A DNA stretch of 63,362 bases, counting the filler, from Octopus bimaculoides (Eukaryota), in the NCBI RefSeq assembly GCF_001194135.2. It is 6 parts of 6 records of this genome, joined end to end, with 100 filler letters (N's around TTAATTAATTAA, not from the genome) between each part and the next. Parts side by side here need not be neighbours in the genome. Positions count along the whole stretch, not along the records: positions 48,625 to 58,978 come from NC_068983.1; positions 59,079 to 63,362 come from NC_069006.1; 4 more parts are not named here. One strand, 5' to 3'. The translations under genes were made by a program, and so were the position numbers. Of this stretch, positions 52,963 through 63,362 are shown piece by piece (position 1 is the stretch's first letter; each line of letters starts with the position of its first letter). The notes beneath the pieces were generated by a model. It was not told the DNA's origin. It saw only the letters and a program-made list of their open reading frames with translations, and did not search any database.

Positions 52963-54496
52963 AACAACAAACAAGATGAGGATAAATATCTGTCAAATGT
53001 AAATAATGTAAATAATGTTGAATTTTGTTGTTGAACAAGTCTTCGCTTCGCTGCTGTTGATGCTGATGTTGTCATCGTCGTTGTTGTCGTTGTTGTNNNN
53101 NNNNNNNNNNNNNNNNNNNNNNNNNNNNNNNNNNNNNNNNNNNNNNNNNNNNNNNNNNNNNNNNNNNNNNNNNNNNNNNNNNNNNNNNNNNNNNNNNNNN
53201 NNNNNNNNNNNNNNNNNNNNNNNNNNNNNNNNNNNNNNNNNNNNNNNNNNNNNNNNNNNNNNNNNNNNNNNNNNNNNNNNNNNNNNNNNNNNNNNNNNNN
53301 NNNNNNNNNNNNNNNNNNNNNNNNNNNNNNNNNNNNNNNNNNNNNNNNNNNNNNNNNNNNNNNNNNNNNNNNNNNNNNNNNNNNNNNNNNNNNNNNNNNN
53401 NNNNNNNNNNNNNNNNNNNNNNNNNNNNNNNNNNNNNNNNNNNNNNNNNNNNNNNNNNNNNNNNNNNNNNNNNNNNNNNNNNNNNNNNNNNNNNNNNNNN
53501 NNNNNNNNNNNNNNNNNNNNNNNNNNNNNNNNNNNNNNNNNNNNNNNNNNNNNNNNNNNNNNNNNNNNNNNNNNNNNNNNNNNNNNNNNNNNNNNNNNNN
53601 NNNNNNNNNNNNNNNNNNNNNNNNNNNNNNNNNNNNNNNNNNNNNNNNNNNNNNNNNNNNNNNNNNNNNNNNNNNNNNNNNNNNNNNNNNNNNNNNNNNN
53701 NNNNNNNNNNNNNNNNNNNNNNNNNNNNNNNNNNNNNNNNNNNNNNNNNNNNNNNNNNNNNNNNNNNNNNNNNNNNNNNNNNNNNNNNNNNNNNNNNNNN
53801 NNNNNNNNNNNNNNNNNNNNNNNNNNNNNNNNNNCTGCTGCTGCTTGTTGCTGCTGGATTGCTGCTGGTGGTGTTGGTACTGGTACTGGTGCTGGTGAAA
53901 GTGTTATTACCATCAAATCAAAGATGTTTCATCGGCGCCTAACACACCTGTTTGACCATCTCCTGTCGTATCTACTGTCACATTCTTTTATGAAAGACAG
54001 AAGTGTGTTGATATGAGGGAGATATACTTGCTATTTGTAGTGAGTAGCGCGACAGTGTTTATGTTCTTATGTCTCGTATATTCAATATGTTTTCTCGTTC
54101 TTGCTCAAAGTGTTTACAAGGTGATTGGTATTTACATCATCTATCTGAATGTGTATAAAGTGTCTAAAGTTAGTGTTCAGATGAGGGTCTTTTGAATTAA
54201 TTATTTTATAGCCTTCTATAAAATTATCTGTGATTTCTCCATATTCTACAATTTATGCTTCTGGAAAGCCCGTAAAATGTTCGTTAGATATTAACCAAAC
54301 AAAGCTGAACCCTCCCAAAGCATCCATAACGTCGAATGTACTTCACAAATCTCTAACTATAAGCTTTCAGCGTAAGTGAGAAAGGTAGAGAGAGAGGGGG
54401 GAGGATGAGATGGGGAAAGAAAAACGAAAAAATAATTTAGTGAGGATGCGAGTTAAGAATTTATAATTTCTGTCCATAATAAATATATATATATAC

Positions 54497-54532
<36 letters not shown>

Positions 54533-54567
54533 ATGTATGTATACATCTGTCTATCTATATATCTATC

Positions 54568-54600
<33 letters not shown>

Positions 54601-55198
54601 TAGGGCATTACTATATAATAATGCCTCACGCCATGAGGGACTCTAAGGTCAGACTACTATAAAAAAGCACATTTTTACNNNNNNNNNNNNNNNNNNNNNN
54701 NNNNNNNNNNNNNNNNNNNNNNNNNNNNNNNNNNNNNNNNNNNNNNNNNNNNNNNNNNNNNNNNNNNNNNNNNNNNNNNNNNNNNNNNNNNNNNNNNNNN
54801 NNNNNNNNNNNNNNNNNNNNNNNNNNNNNNNNNNNNNNNNNNNNNNNNNNNNNNNNNNNNNNNNNNNNNNNNNNNNNNNNNNNNNNNNNNNNNNNNNNNN
54901 NNNNNNNNNNNNNNNNNNNNNNNNNNNNNNNNNNNNNNNNNNNNNNNNNNNNNNNNNNNNNNNNNNNNNNNNNNNNNNNNNNNNNNNNNNNNNNNNNNNN
55001 NNNNNNNNNNNNNNNNNNNNNNNNNNNNNNNNNNNNNNNNNNNNNNNNNNNNNNNNNNNNNNNNNNNNNNNNNNNNNNNNNNNNNNNNNNNNNNNNNNNN
55101 NNNNNNNNNNNNNNNNNNNNNNNNNNNNNNNNNNNNNNNNNNNNNNNNNNNNNNNNNNNNNNNNNNNNNNNNNNNNNNNNNNNNNNNNNNNNNNNNNN

Positions 55199-55239
<41 letters not shown>

Positions 55240-55261
55240 GTATATCCAATAGTTCAAATTT

Positions 55262-55435
55262 ACAGAAAACAAAAGACGAAAGCAGGTCAAGAAGCAGGCA
55301 GGTGTATAGTTTAACACTCGGGAAGAATGGAAAAGCCCTTGACGTTTCGAATCTACGCTCTTGGACAGAAAGTATCGAAAGTGGGGAAAAACGGAGAGAG
55401 AACGAAGGAAAAACGGAGAGAGAAAAAATATGTAG
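55262..55435 (-). mobile_element. Penelope-like remnant, family P2, hammerhead decayed
   Basis: Minus strand ttt-CTGTCCA-a-gagc-gtag-attc-GAAAC-GTC-aagg (55336-55372), then ...cccgagtgttaaactataca. Confidence 0.55.
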
Positions 55436-55599
55436 GGATTAACGTTTCAACATGATTAGATGGTGGGGGCGGCTTCACGCTTACTCTAGGTGGAGATGAC
55501 TGCATATCTAGTACAATCCAGTGACATCTATACACCTTCAGGGATTTTCCATATCCACCCATACATAATACATACATACATACATACAAGTCACTACAT

Positions 55600-56580
55600 A
55601 TCTTTCGTGTCTTCCTTCTAGGGAATAGAGCTTCTCTCAGGAGCTCATCTGTTGCACCGAGTTCATCTACTTAGGGGAGTGGCGTTGGGTTGCCTGTTAG
55701 TTTGACGCTTTGTCGTGACCATAGTTGGAGATAGCTACCCAGGCAACAGAAAAAAATAATTCTCTTTAGGAGTAGCATAATATCCCTTTTCCTAGTCCTG
55801 AATGATCTCAGAATTCAACCCGCCACTCGTATGGGCACTGTTGCCATTTTAGTAATATGCACACAGAATGATGCATCATTGTGTATGTGGACTCCTAGGT
55901 CACTCTGGGATTGCATTACTCCTGTTCTTGTGTGTTCCGATTGTAATTTGTTTTGGGGCTAATACTTTCCAGCACTGAGCTGCAAGTCATTTTCGCAAGC
56001 CCACTTTTATATTGTATTTGGGTCTTTTTGCAGCTCCTGGATGTCGCCAGCATCCTTGACTTATGTTTCATTAATACAGAGGGTGAGAGTGGATGACTCC
56101 ATAACTGAGGGCACGTCTGACAGAGCTACCGCAAGCATTAGTGATCCCCGCAAAGTTCCATGATGGACTCCGCTGAGAATTGGTGCCTCCTCAGAGAAAG
56201 CTACACTGGTTGAAACTGTCTGACTTCTACATTTTAAAACGTCATGCAACCACACTCCTAGTTTCCAGCAGTACCAAGGTCACACAAATCTGTCGAAGCC
56301 CTTCGCAAAGTCGAGATATATCCCATTCACATATGAGTTGTTTTTTCAGTACTCAGTCAAAATGCCGTTATGCTTGAGTAAGACAGCACCTCCCTGGAGG
56401 GAAACCATGCCGCGTCTTTGTGAGTAAGCTATTTTCTTTTCGGAACAAGATCATCCTCTTTCTCACATACGAGGTCAGCGTGATAGGTCTGTAATTTTTG
56501 GCATCTGCTCTACTTCCTCTTTTATGGAGACAGGATATTATACCTTCTTTTAACATTTTGGGAAGTTTGTCACATTCAAG
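55600..56580 (-). mobile_element. CR1-clade LINE reverse-transcriptase relic
   Basis: Minus-strand fragments LHKRGSRADAKNYRPITLTS, ENSLLTKTRHGFPPGRCCLTQ, GIYLDFAKGFDRFV, SGVHHGTLRGSL and WACENDLQLSAGKY follow the RT domain order typical of CR1/L2 elements; many stops and frameshifts. Confidence 0.85.
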
Positions 56581-56821
56581 TAAACTTTGAAAGAATATGT
56601 TTTGTAAGAGCTTTGTCGCATAGCTTTTAAAAAAATTGTCAGATCAAATATCTAATATAACAATCTTGCAACTCATAGCCATTTGACCCACTATAAAATA
56701 TGGATGGTTAGCCCGTTGCTAAACATTTCTGGTGAAGAGAAGGACTTGTAGACATCTTACAGAGTGAAAAACCAAAGCCCACCAATGTACCAACATTAAT
56801 GTACATCCATATTTATTCGTT

Positions 56822-57163
56822 TATTCATTTACTTGTATCAGTCATTTGACTGCGGCAATACTGAAACACTGCCTTTAGTCGAACAAATCGACTCCAGTAC
56901 TTATTCTTTGTAAGCCGAGTAGTTATTCTATCGGGCCTTTATGTCGAACCGCTTAGTTACGGGGAAGTAAACACACCAGCATCGGTTGTCAAGCGATTGT
57001 ATGGCGGACAAGCACAGACACACATACAAATATATATATATACATATAGATATATATACATATATATACGACGGACTTCTTTCAGTTTCCGTTTACCAAA
57101 TCCACTCACAAGGCTTTGGTCGGCCCGAGACTATAGTAGAAAATACTTGCCCAAGATGCCACG
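56822..57163 (-). mobile_element. SINE family A lacking its tRNA head (ends at a TA tract and gap)
   Basis: ttacttgtatcagtcatttgactgcgg...cgacggacttctttcagtttccg...cttgcccaagatgccacg|tatata. Confidence 0.92.
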
Positions 57164-57395
57164 TATATATATGTATGTATATGTGCATATAAATATATAT
57201 ATATATATATATANNNNNNNNNNNNNNNNNNNNNNNNNNNNNNNNNNNNNNNNNNNNNNNNNNNNNNNNNNNNNNNNNNNNNNNNNNNNNNNNNNNNNNN
57301 NNNNNNNNNNNNNNNNNNNNNNNNNNNNNNNNNNNNNNNNNNNNNNNNNNNNNNNNNNNNNNNNNNNNNNNNNNNNNNNNNNNNNNNNNNNNNNN

Positions 57396-57458
<63 letters not shown>

Positions 57459-59078
57459 TACGATATATTACATATATATGATCCTGATCTTCACCGAAGC
57501 TGGCTAGGGAAAAATGGCTTGGGTGATGTATAAAACAACTAATGAAGTGTAGAACATCTGATGGAATAGATTATTCTCTTTTGTGTAGAATAAAATAATA
57601 TCTTCTAACATTATTCTCCATGAAACATTCCATCTAATCCTTCTATTAGTTGTATTTTATTTTCTCATTCATCTTCGTTCGCAAGAAAAATGCCATTCAG
57701 TGAGAAGAATATATCTTTCGTTTTCTCATACGCCGCTTTACCGTCAATTATCATTTACAATACATATCCTGACCGTGCTTCAAGGAAATGATACTAAAGA
57801 CTTAATGACCGTTTGAAATCATTATGATTTTAGCTAGGCGTGTATGACAGCTGAACATTTGTGGCGATAAATATCGAAAAATATAATATATCAAAAAATA
57901 AAAAAAAAGTTATAGATTTAACAAATAAAGCACTGAATACTAATGAAGGCCTGAATATTAGTATCGTGAGAGATGGCAGAATTATATACTGAAAATGTCA
58001 ATTTTCTAGCATCGTTTCATTTTGCTTTATCCACAGAAGACACCATTACTGCAGAAATTACCGGTTTAGGTATTTCATATATATATTTTATTACATATGG
58101 CAACAGTCAATGTAGAGAACATGAATAATAAACCAATTGATGCTACTCAAATGACATGTACACCAGTTACGACGATCATCATACCGATTCTATCAGAGAA
58201 ATTATGACATGCCTTTCTAATAAATTAGATTCTGGGAAAGGTTTTGCACTAATATTTGCTCTGTTGCAGTAATTTCTCAGCAAGCTATACAGTGTCCTGT
58301 TTGAAATTTCTAAGTAAATCTTTATACTGAGTGCGTACGAGATTACTAACACACAGAAAATTGGCTCAATACAAGGAATGGTGATCGCTTGACCGGCCAG
58401 ACTATCACATGTTGTTACACAATGTTCTTTACGTTATTTTATCCGTCGAATGACGCCACCCCGCTGCTTGGAGAGCAAGATAACATTGCCTCGAACTGGT
58501 CATCTCATATTTGTTGCACAGCTTTCTGATTAGCGCTCTTTAATTTAACAACTCTTTTTTTCTAAATAAAATTATCTTGTCAATTTGTAGAATTTATCTT
58601 TTACTATAGCCCAAACATTTTGAAATAAGTAATTTGTTTTTCAACCTTTTTACCTTTGTCTGCATTTCAATTGATTTTTACTTGAAAAGGCTTTGCATGT
58701 AAAATGAATGGTCTCGCAGGAAAAGTGTAAGTGCAAAATTAATACTTTAAGCTTACGGCAAATAAAAATATACAGGAGAGAATATGGAAGCTTAAAAATA
58801 TGGCACCTGAAATCTGCATTCCAATTTTTATATCCTCTTCATGGTGGTTTGGGATGGAATGATAAATTCTATAAATCTAAATTGTATTTTAAGAATACTA
58901 TCATTTTGTGCCTTCATTATTCTGCTAGGATACATACATACATACATACATATATACATACATATATACATATATATANNNNNNNNNNNNNNNNNNNNNN
59001 NNNNNNNNNNNNNNNNNNNNNNTTAATTAATTAANNNNNNNNNNNNNNNNNNNNNNNNNNNNNNNNNNNNNNNNNNNN

Positions 59079-59141
<63 letters not shown>

Positions 59142-59153
59142 CCCCGAGAACCT

Positions 59154-59352
59154 GTGCAAACCCCGCCGTTGACTGATCACCAAGACATCAAGGTGTTCCT
59201 GTGTAAGGGAGACCAAAAAAAAAAGAAAAGAAAAATCGTCTAATTTAGCCCGAATACCCAGTGCAAACCCCACCGCTGAATGTTCATTAAGCTGTTCCGG
59301 TGTAAAAGAGACCCCCACCCCCACCAAAATCGTCAAATTTAGCCCGAACACC
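59154..59352. repeat. Diverged tandem repeat, ~107-bp unit, two copies plus a partial upstream copy
   Basis: gtgcaaaccc...tgttcc.gtgtaa..gagacc...aaaatcgtc.aatttagcccgaa.acc at 59154 and 59261. Confidence 0.85.
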
Positions 59353-60089
59353 CTTTAGAAGAAACACTCAAACCAACTCGAATCACTATAAAATTTGCAT
59401 CAACAACAACAACAACAACAACAACGTCAACACATTACAAGAAACATCTTACTCTGCACTTGTGCACCGTTGTACCTCGCTCGCTGCAATCCGCAATCTC
59501 CATAGAGAAACACCCCTCATCCATCTTTACTAGCTACATCAAACTACCCATATACCCACCCGTAACAAACTGCACTCCCACCCGATACAGCAGCACCGCT
59601 CCACCCACTAATATAACACCTCAACCAAACAACTTTCTCTTTCTTCACACACACACACATACACACAATCATATGCTCACACACACACACACGCAGAACA
59701 TATCTTGCACCCCCGTTCCCGTCACACACGTTCCCCATCTCGTCTCCTACCCCAGTCTCTGCCCCTCCTACCCCAGACGCCTCGTTCTCCACCCTAATTC
59801 TTTACTTACACCTCGATCCACGTCCCTCACACCATTACCATCAGCCGCTCCTCCTTTTCTCTTCTCATTTACAACACTCCTCCAATTGCTGTACCTCCTC
59901 CTCCTCCTCCTCCTCCTACACATCACCATCTTCTCCTCCTCCACCTACCCTTCATCCACCCCTTACCCCACCCCTTATATTTCTTATCTTTCAATTTCAC
60001 ACTTCAGACTCTGTCAGCTCTTCCCCTCGACACCGGCTCCCGTTTTTATGATTTCTCATTCCACAAGATTTGATTTGAATAAATCATCT

Positions 60090-60418
60090 CTTGTTGTTGT
60101 CGTTGTTGTTGCTGTTGTGGTGGTGGTGGTGAAGGTAGTGATGGTGGTCGTGTTGGTGTTGGAGATGGTGGTGGTTATGATGTTGCTGTTGCTGTTGCTG
60201 TTCTTTTTACCGTTGGCCTATTTGCTGTTGTTGTTGTTGTTGTTAGTAGTAGTAGTGGTGACGAAGTTGATGCTATTGTCGTTCTTGTTGCTGTTGTATT
60301 GTTCTGTTGTTGACGCTGTTGGTAGACTGTTCATGTTGTTATAGCTGTTCTTGATAGCGATAGTGGTGGTCGTGGTTAGAATGTCGTTTTTGTTGTTATT
60401 GTTGTTGCTGTTGACAAA
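60090..60418. repeat. (GTT/GGT/GCT)n low-complexity block bounded by 17-bp direct repeats
   Basis: atttgaataaatcatct 60073-60089 and atttgactaaatcatct 60419-60435. Confidence 0.8.
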
Positions 60419-61278
60419 ATTTGACTAAATCATCTTTAAATGACGGTTTGACCGTCTGCCAAGCAAATGAGAAGCAGTAATTGAAGTAGATGGTGAATAT
60501 GCTCCGGAATAATCATTTAAAGATGTTTTTGTTACATGTTGTTATTGTTTTTGTTGAATAAAATTTATTGAAAAAAAGCCAGCCGCAATAATTATGCACC
60601 AACCCAATATATATATNNNNNNNNNNNNNNNNNNNNNNNNNNNNNNNNNNNNNNNNNNNNNNNNNNNNNNNNNNNNNNNNNNNNNNNNNNNNNNNNNNNN
60701 NNNNNNNNNNNNNNNNNNNNNNNNNNNNNNNNNNNNNNNNNNNNNNNNNNNNNNNNNNNNNNNNNNNNNNNNNNNNNNNNNNNNNNNNNNNNNNNNNNNN
60801 NNNNNNNNNNNNNNNNNNNNNNNNNNNNNNNNNNNNNNNNNNNNNNNNNNNNNNNNNNNNNNNNNNNNNNNNNNNNNNNNNNNNNNNNNNNNNNNNNNNN
60901 NNNNNNNNNNNNNNNNNNNNNNNNNNNNNNNNNNNNNNNNNNNNNNNNNNNNNNNNNNNNNNNNNNNNNNNNNNNNNNNNNNNNNNNNNNNNNNNNNNNN
61001 NNNNNNNNNNNNNNNNNNNNNNNNNNNNNNNNNNNNNNNNNNNNNNNNNNNNNNNNNNNNNNNNNNNNNNNNNNNNNNNNNNNNNNNNNNNNNNNNNNNN
61101 NNNNNNNNNNNNNNNNNNNNNNNNNNNNNNNNNNNNNNNNNNNNNNNNNNNNNNNNNNNNNNNNNNNNNNNNNNNNNNNNNNNNNNNNNNNNNNNNNNNN
61201 NNNNNNNNNNNNNNNNNNNNNNNNNNNNNNNNNNNNNNNNNNNNNNNNNNNNNNNNNNNNNNNNNNNNNCCCTTAACA

Positions 61279-61666
61279 TTTTGTTGGCACTCCGTCGCTT
61301 ACGACGTTGAGGGTTCCAGTTGATCTGATCAACGAAACAGCCTGCTCGTGAAATTAACGTGCAAGTGGCTGAGCACTCCACAGACACGTGTACCCTTAAC
61401 GTGTTTCTCGGGGATATTCAGCATGACACAGAATGTGACAAGGCTGACCCCTTTGAATTACAGGCACAACAGAAACAGGAAGTAAGAGTGAGAGAAAGTT
61501 GTGGTGGAAGAGTACAGCAGGGTTCGCCACCATCCCCTGCCGGAGCCTCGTGGAGCTGTAGGTGCTTTCGCTCAATAAACACTCACAACACCCGGTCTGG
61601 GAATCGAAACTGCGATCCTATGACCGCGAGTCCGCAGCCCTAACCACTTGGCCATTGCGCCTCCAC
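61279..61666 (-). mobile_element. Full-length SINE family E (second copy), TSD partly hidden in gap
   Basis: About 20 differences from 39465-39851 by eye; cccttaaca at 61270-78 (gap edge) and tgtcccttaaca at 61667-78. Confidence 0.93.
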
Positions 61667-61821
61667 TGTCCCTTAACAACCAAACATCAAATGCCGCAAG
61701 AAAGGATTGGACAGGGTTATGTGAACGAGTAAGAAGTTGCGAAACGCTGGGTCTGTGACTGGTGTGTGTGTGTGTGTGTGTGTGTTTTGTATCTTTTATC
61801 TTGGTACGTGTTTCATTCATT

Positions 61822-62030
61822 AGAGTGCGGCCATGCTGGGGCACCGCCTTAAGGAACGTTGAGCGAAACTAATCGACTCCAGTACATACATCTTTATTTT
61901 TTTGTAAAGCTTGGTACTTATTCTATCGGCCCCTTTTGCCGAACCGCTGATTTATAGGGACGTAAACACACCAACGCCGGTTGGCAAGGGGAGGTGGGGG
62001 ACAAACAGACACCAAGACACTCACACACAC
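61822..62030 (-). mobile_element. SINE family A, 3' half
   Basis: gtgcggccatgctggggcaccgcc...tacttattctatcggcccc ttttgccgaaccgc...gggacgtaaacacacc...ggggacaaacagacac. Confidence 0.88.
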
Positions 62031-62185
62031 AACCACACAACATACACACACCCACACACCTACACACATGCATACGCATGTCTTTGTCCCTTGTCCACCA
62101 ATATCTACTCTTCCTCTCCCAGAAGATCCCCTTCGGCCTGTCTGTGTGTCCGTCAGTCTGTTTGTCTGTCTGCCTATCTGCTTGC

Positions 62186-62282
<97 letters not shown>

Positions 62283-63362
62283 ATTCTTATGCACCAATCT
62301 CACCCGTGTATCTTCTCTGTCTATCTTATCTGCCTTATCTATCAATCTATCCATCTATCCATCTATCAGACTGTCTGTCTGTCTGTCTGTATATATGTCT
62401 CTCACTCTATCTGTCTGTGCGTCTGTGTGACTATTTTACTATTTCACGTCACATCTGTTCACTGTAGGAGCTCTTCCTTAACAAAACCTTTTGTAAAGAC
62501 ACTTAAAGATTCCGCCGGCAGGGGTCTCCACTTATTCAACAGACTCACACGTGTGTTCTCACACATGATGATTACACACACGCGCGCCCGCCCGCCCNNN
62601 NNNNNNNNNNNNNNNNNNNNNNNNNNNNNNNNNNNNNNNNNNNNNNNNNNNNNNNNNNNNNNNNNNNNNNNNNNNNNNNNNNNNNNNNNNNNNNNNNNNN
62701 NNNNNNNNNNNNNNNNNNNNNNNNNNNNNNNNNNNNNNNNNNNNNNNNNNNNNNNNNNNNNNNNNNNNNNNNNNNNNNNNNNNNNNNNNNNNNNNNNNNN
62801 NNNNNNNNNNNNNNNNNNNNNNNNNNNNNNNNNNNNNNNNNNNNNNNNNNNNNNNNNNNNNNNNNNNNNNNNNNNNNNNNNNNNNNNNNNNNNNNNNNNN
62901 NNNNNNNNNNNNNNNNNNNNNNNNNNNNNNCCCGCCCGCTCGAACACACACAGACATACACACACACTCGCAAACACATAATTATACGTTATACACATAT
63001 ATACGCAAACATATCCTCACACATAAATATGCAAACAAGCATACGTACATGTACGTATGTATAGGGATTGAGAAAAGGCGCGTATTTTGTGTGTCTGTCT
63101 GTATGTATGTATGTATGTATGTACAAATATGTATGAATTTATATATGTATGAATACGTATATACATATATACAGAGAGAGATAGAGGGAGTGAGAGAGTG
63201 AAAGAGAGAGGGTGAAAGAGAAAGAGAGAAACGTGTATATGCGCATATATATACATATATAAACATAGAGAGAGAGAGAGAGAGAGTAAGAGGGGGAGTA
63301 TGACATAGAGATATATGCATACACACACATACATAAAGGTTGGGGTATGTGTGTGTGTGTGT

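Larger units (their letters stand above)
52490..53029 (+). mobile_element. Non-autonomous mini Penelope-like element: TSD - terminal repeat - PLE ORF N-terminus - (AAT)n - hammerhead - terminal repeat - TSD
   Basis: TSD ttgaattttgtt at 52490-52501 and 53018-53029; 56-bp direct terminal repeats 52502-52557 / 52963-53018 (2 mismatches); HHR at 52914-52962; PLE-like ORF stub. Confidence 0.8.

Noticed and set aside
16319-59034. Recurrent palindromic TTAATTAATTAA at five sites
   Set aside because: Always centred in an identical 44N+12+44N gap and gives stops in all frames; an assembly linker, not biological DNA.
59460-60344. 294-aa ORF, the longest gap-free ORF in the track
   Set aside because: Non-ATG start; translation of C-rich and (GTT)n low-complexity DNA; no recognisable domain.
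61911-62981. 356-aa ORF
   Set aside because: Made of SINE A antisense, (CA)n, (CTGT)n/(CTAT)n and an N gap.

Overview
This is AT-rich, heavily gapped, repeat-dense animal genomic DNA. The SINE families and microsatellite load point to a coleoid cephalopod, most likely Octopus (inference from pattern recognition, no database search run). I cannot support any complete host protein-coding gene. Almost every ORF in the supplied track is a translation of simple repeats or runs through N gaps. The recognisable content is: (i) five tRNA-derived SINE families, here labelled A-E; B carries a MetaSINE-like core and A, C and E carry CORE-like segments; (ii) DNA-transposon relics, namely a TIR-bounded Tc1/mariner with its catalytic domain deleted (48744-49625), a DD34D mariner fragment and a pogo/Tigger-type MITE; (iii) CR1- and RTE-clade LINE relics; and (iv) several Penelope-like (PLE) terminal-repeat fragments with minimal type-I hammerhead ribozyme (HHR) motifs. 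The most interesting object is a ~0.5 kb insertion at 52490-53029. It is flanked by a 12-bp target-site duplication, is terminally redundant, starts within a few nt of its own predicted HHR cleavage site, and retains only the N-terminus of a PLE ORF. That architecture suggests a non-autonomous, ribozyme-processed (retrozyme-like) mini-Penelope. A few exon-like segments and a possible GC-box promoter are listed as low-confidence leads.
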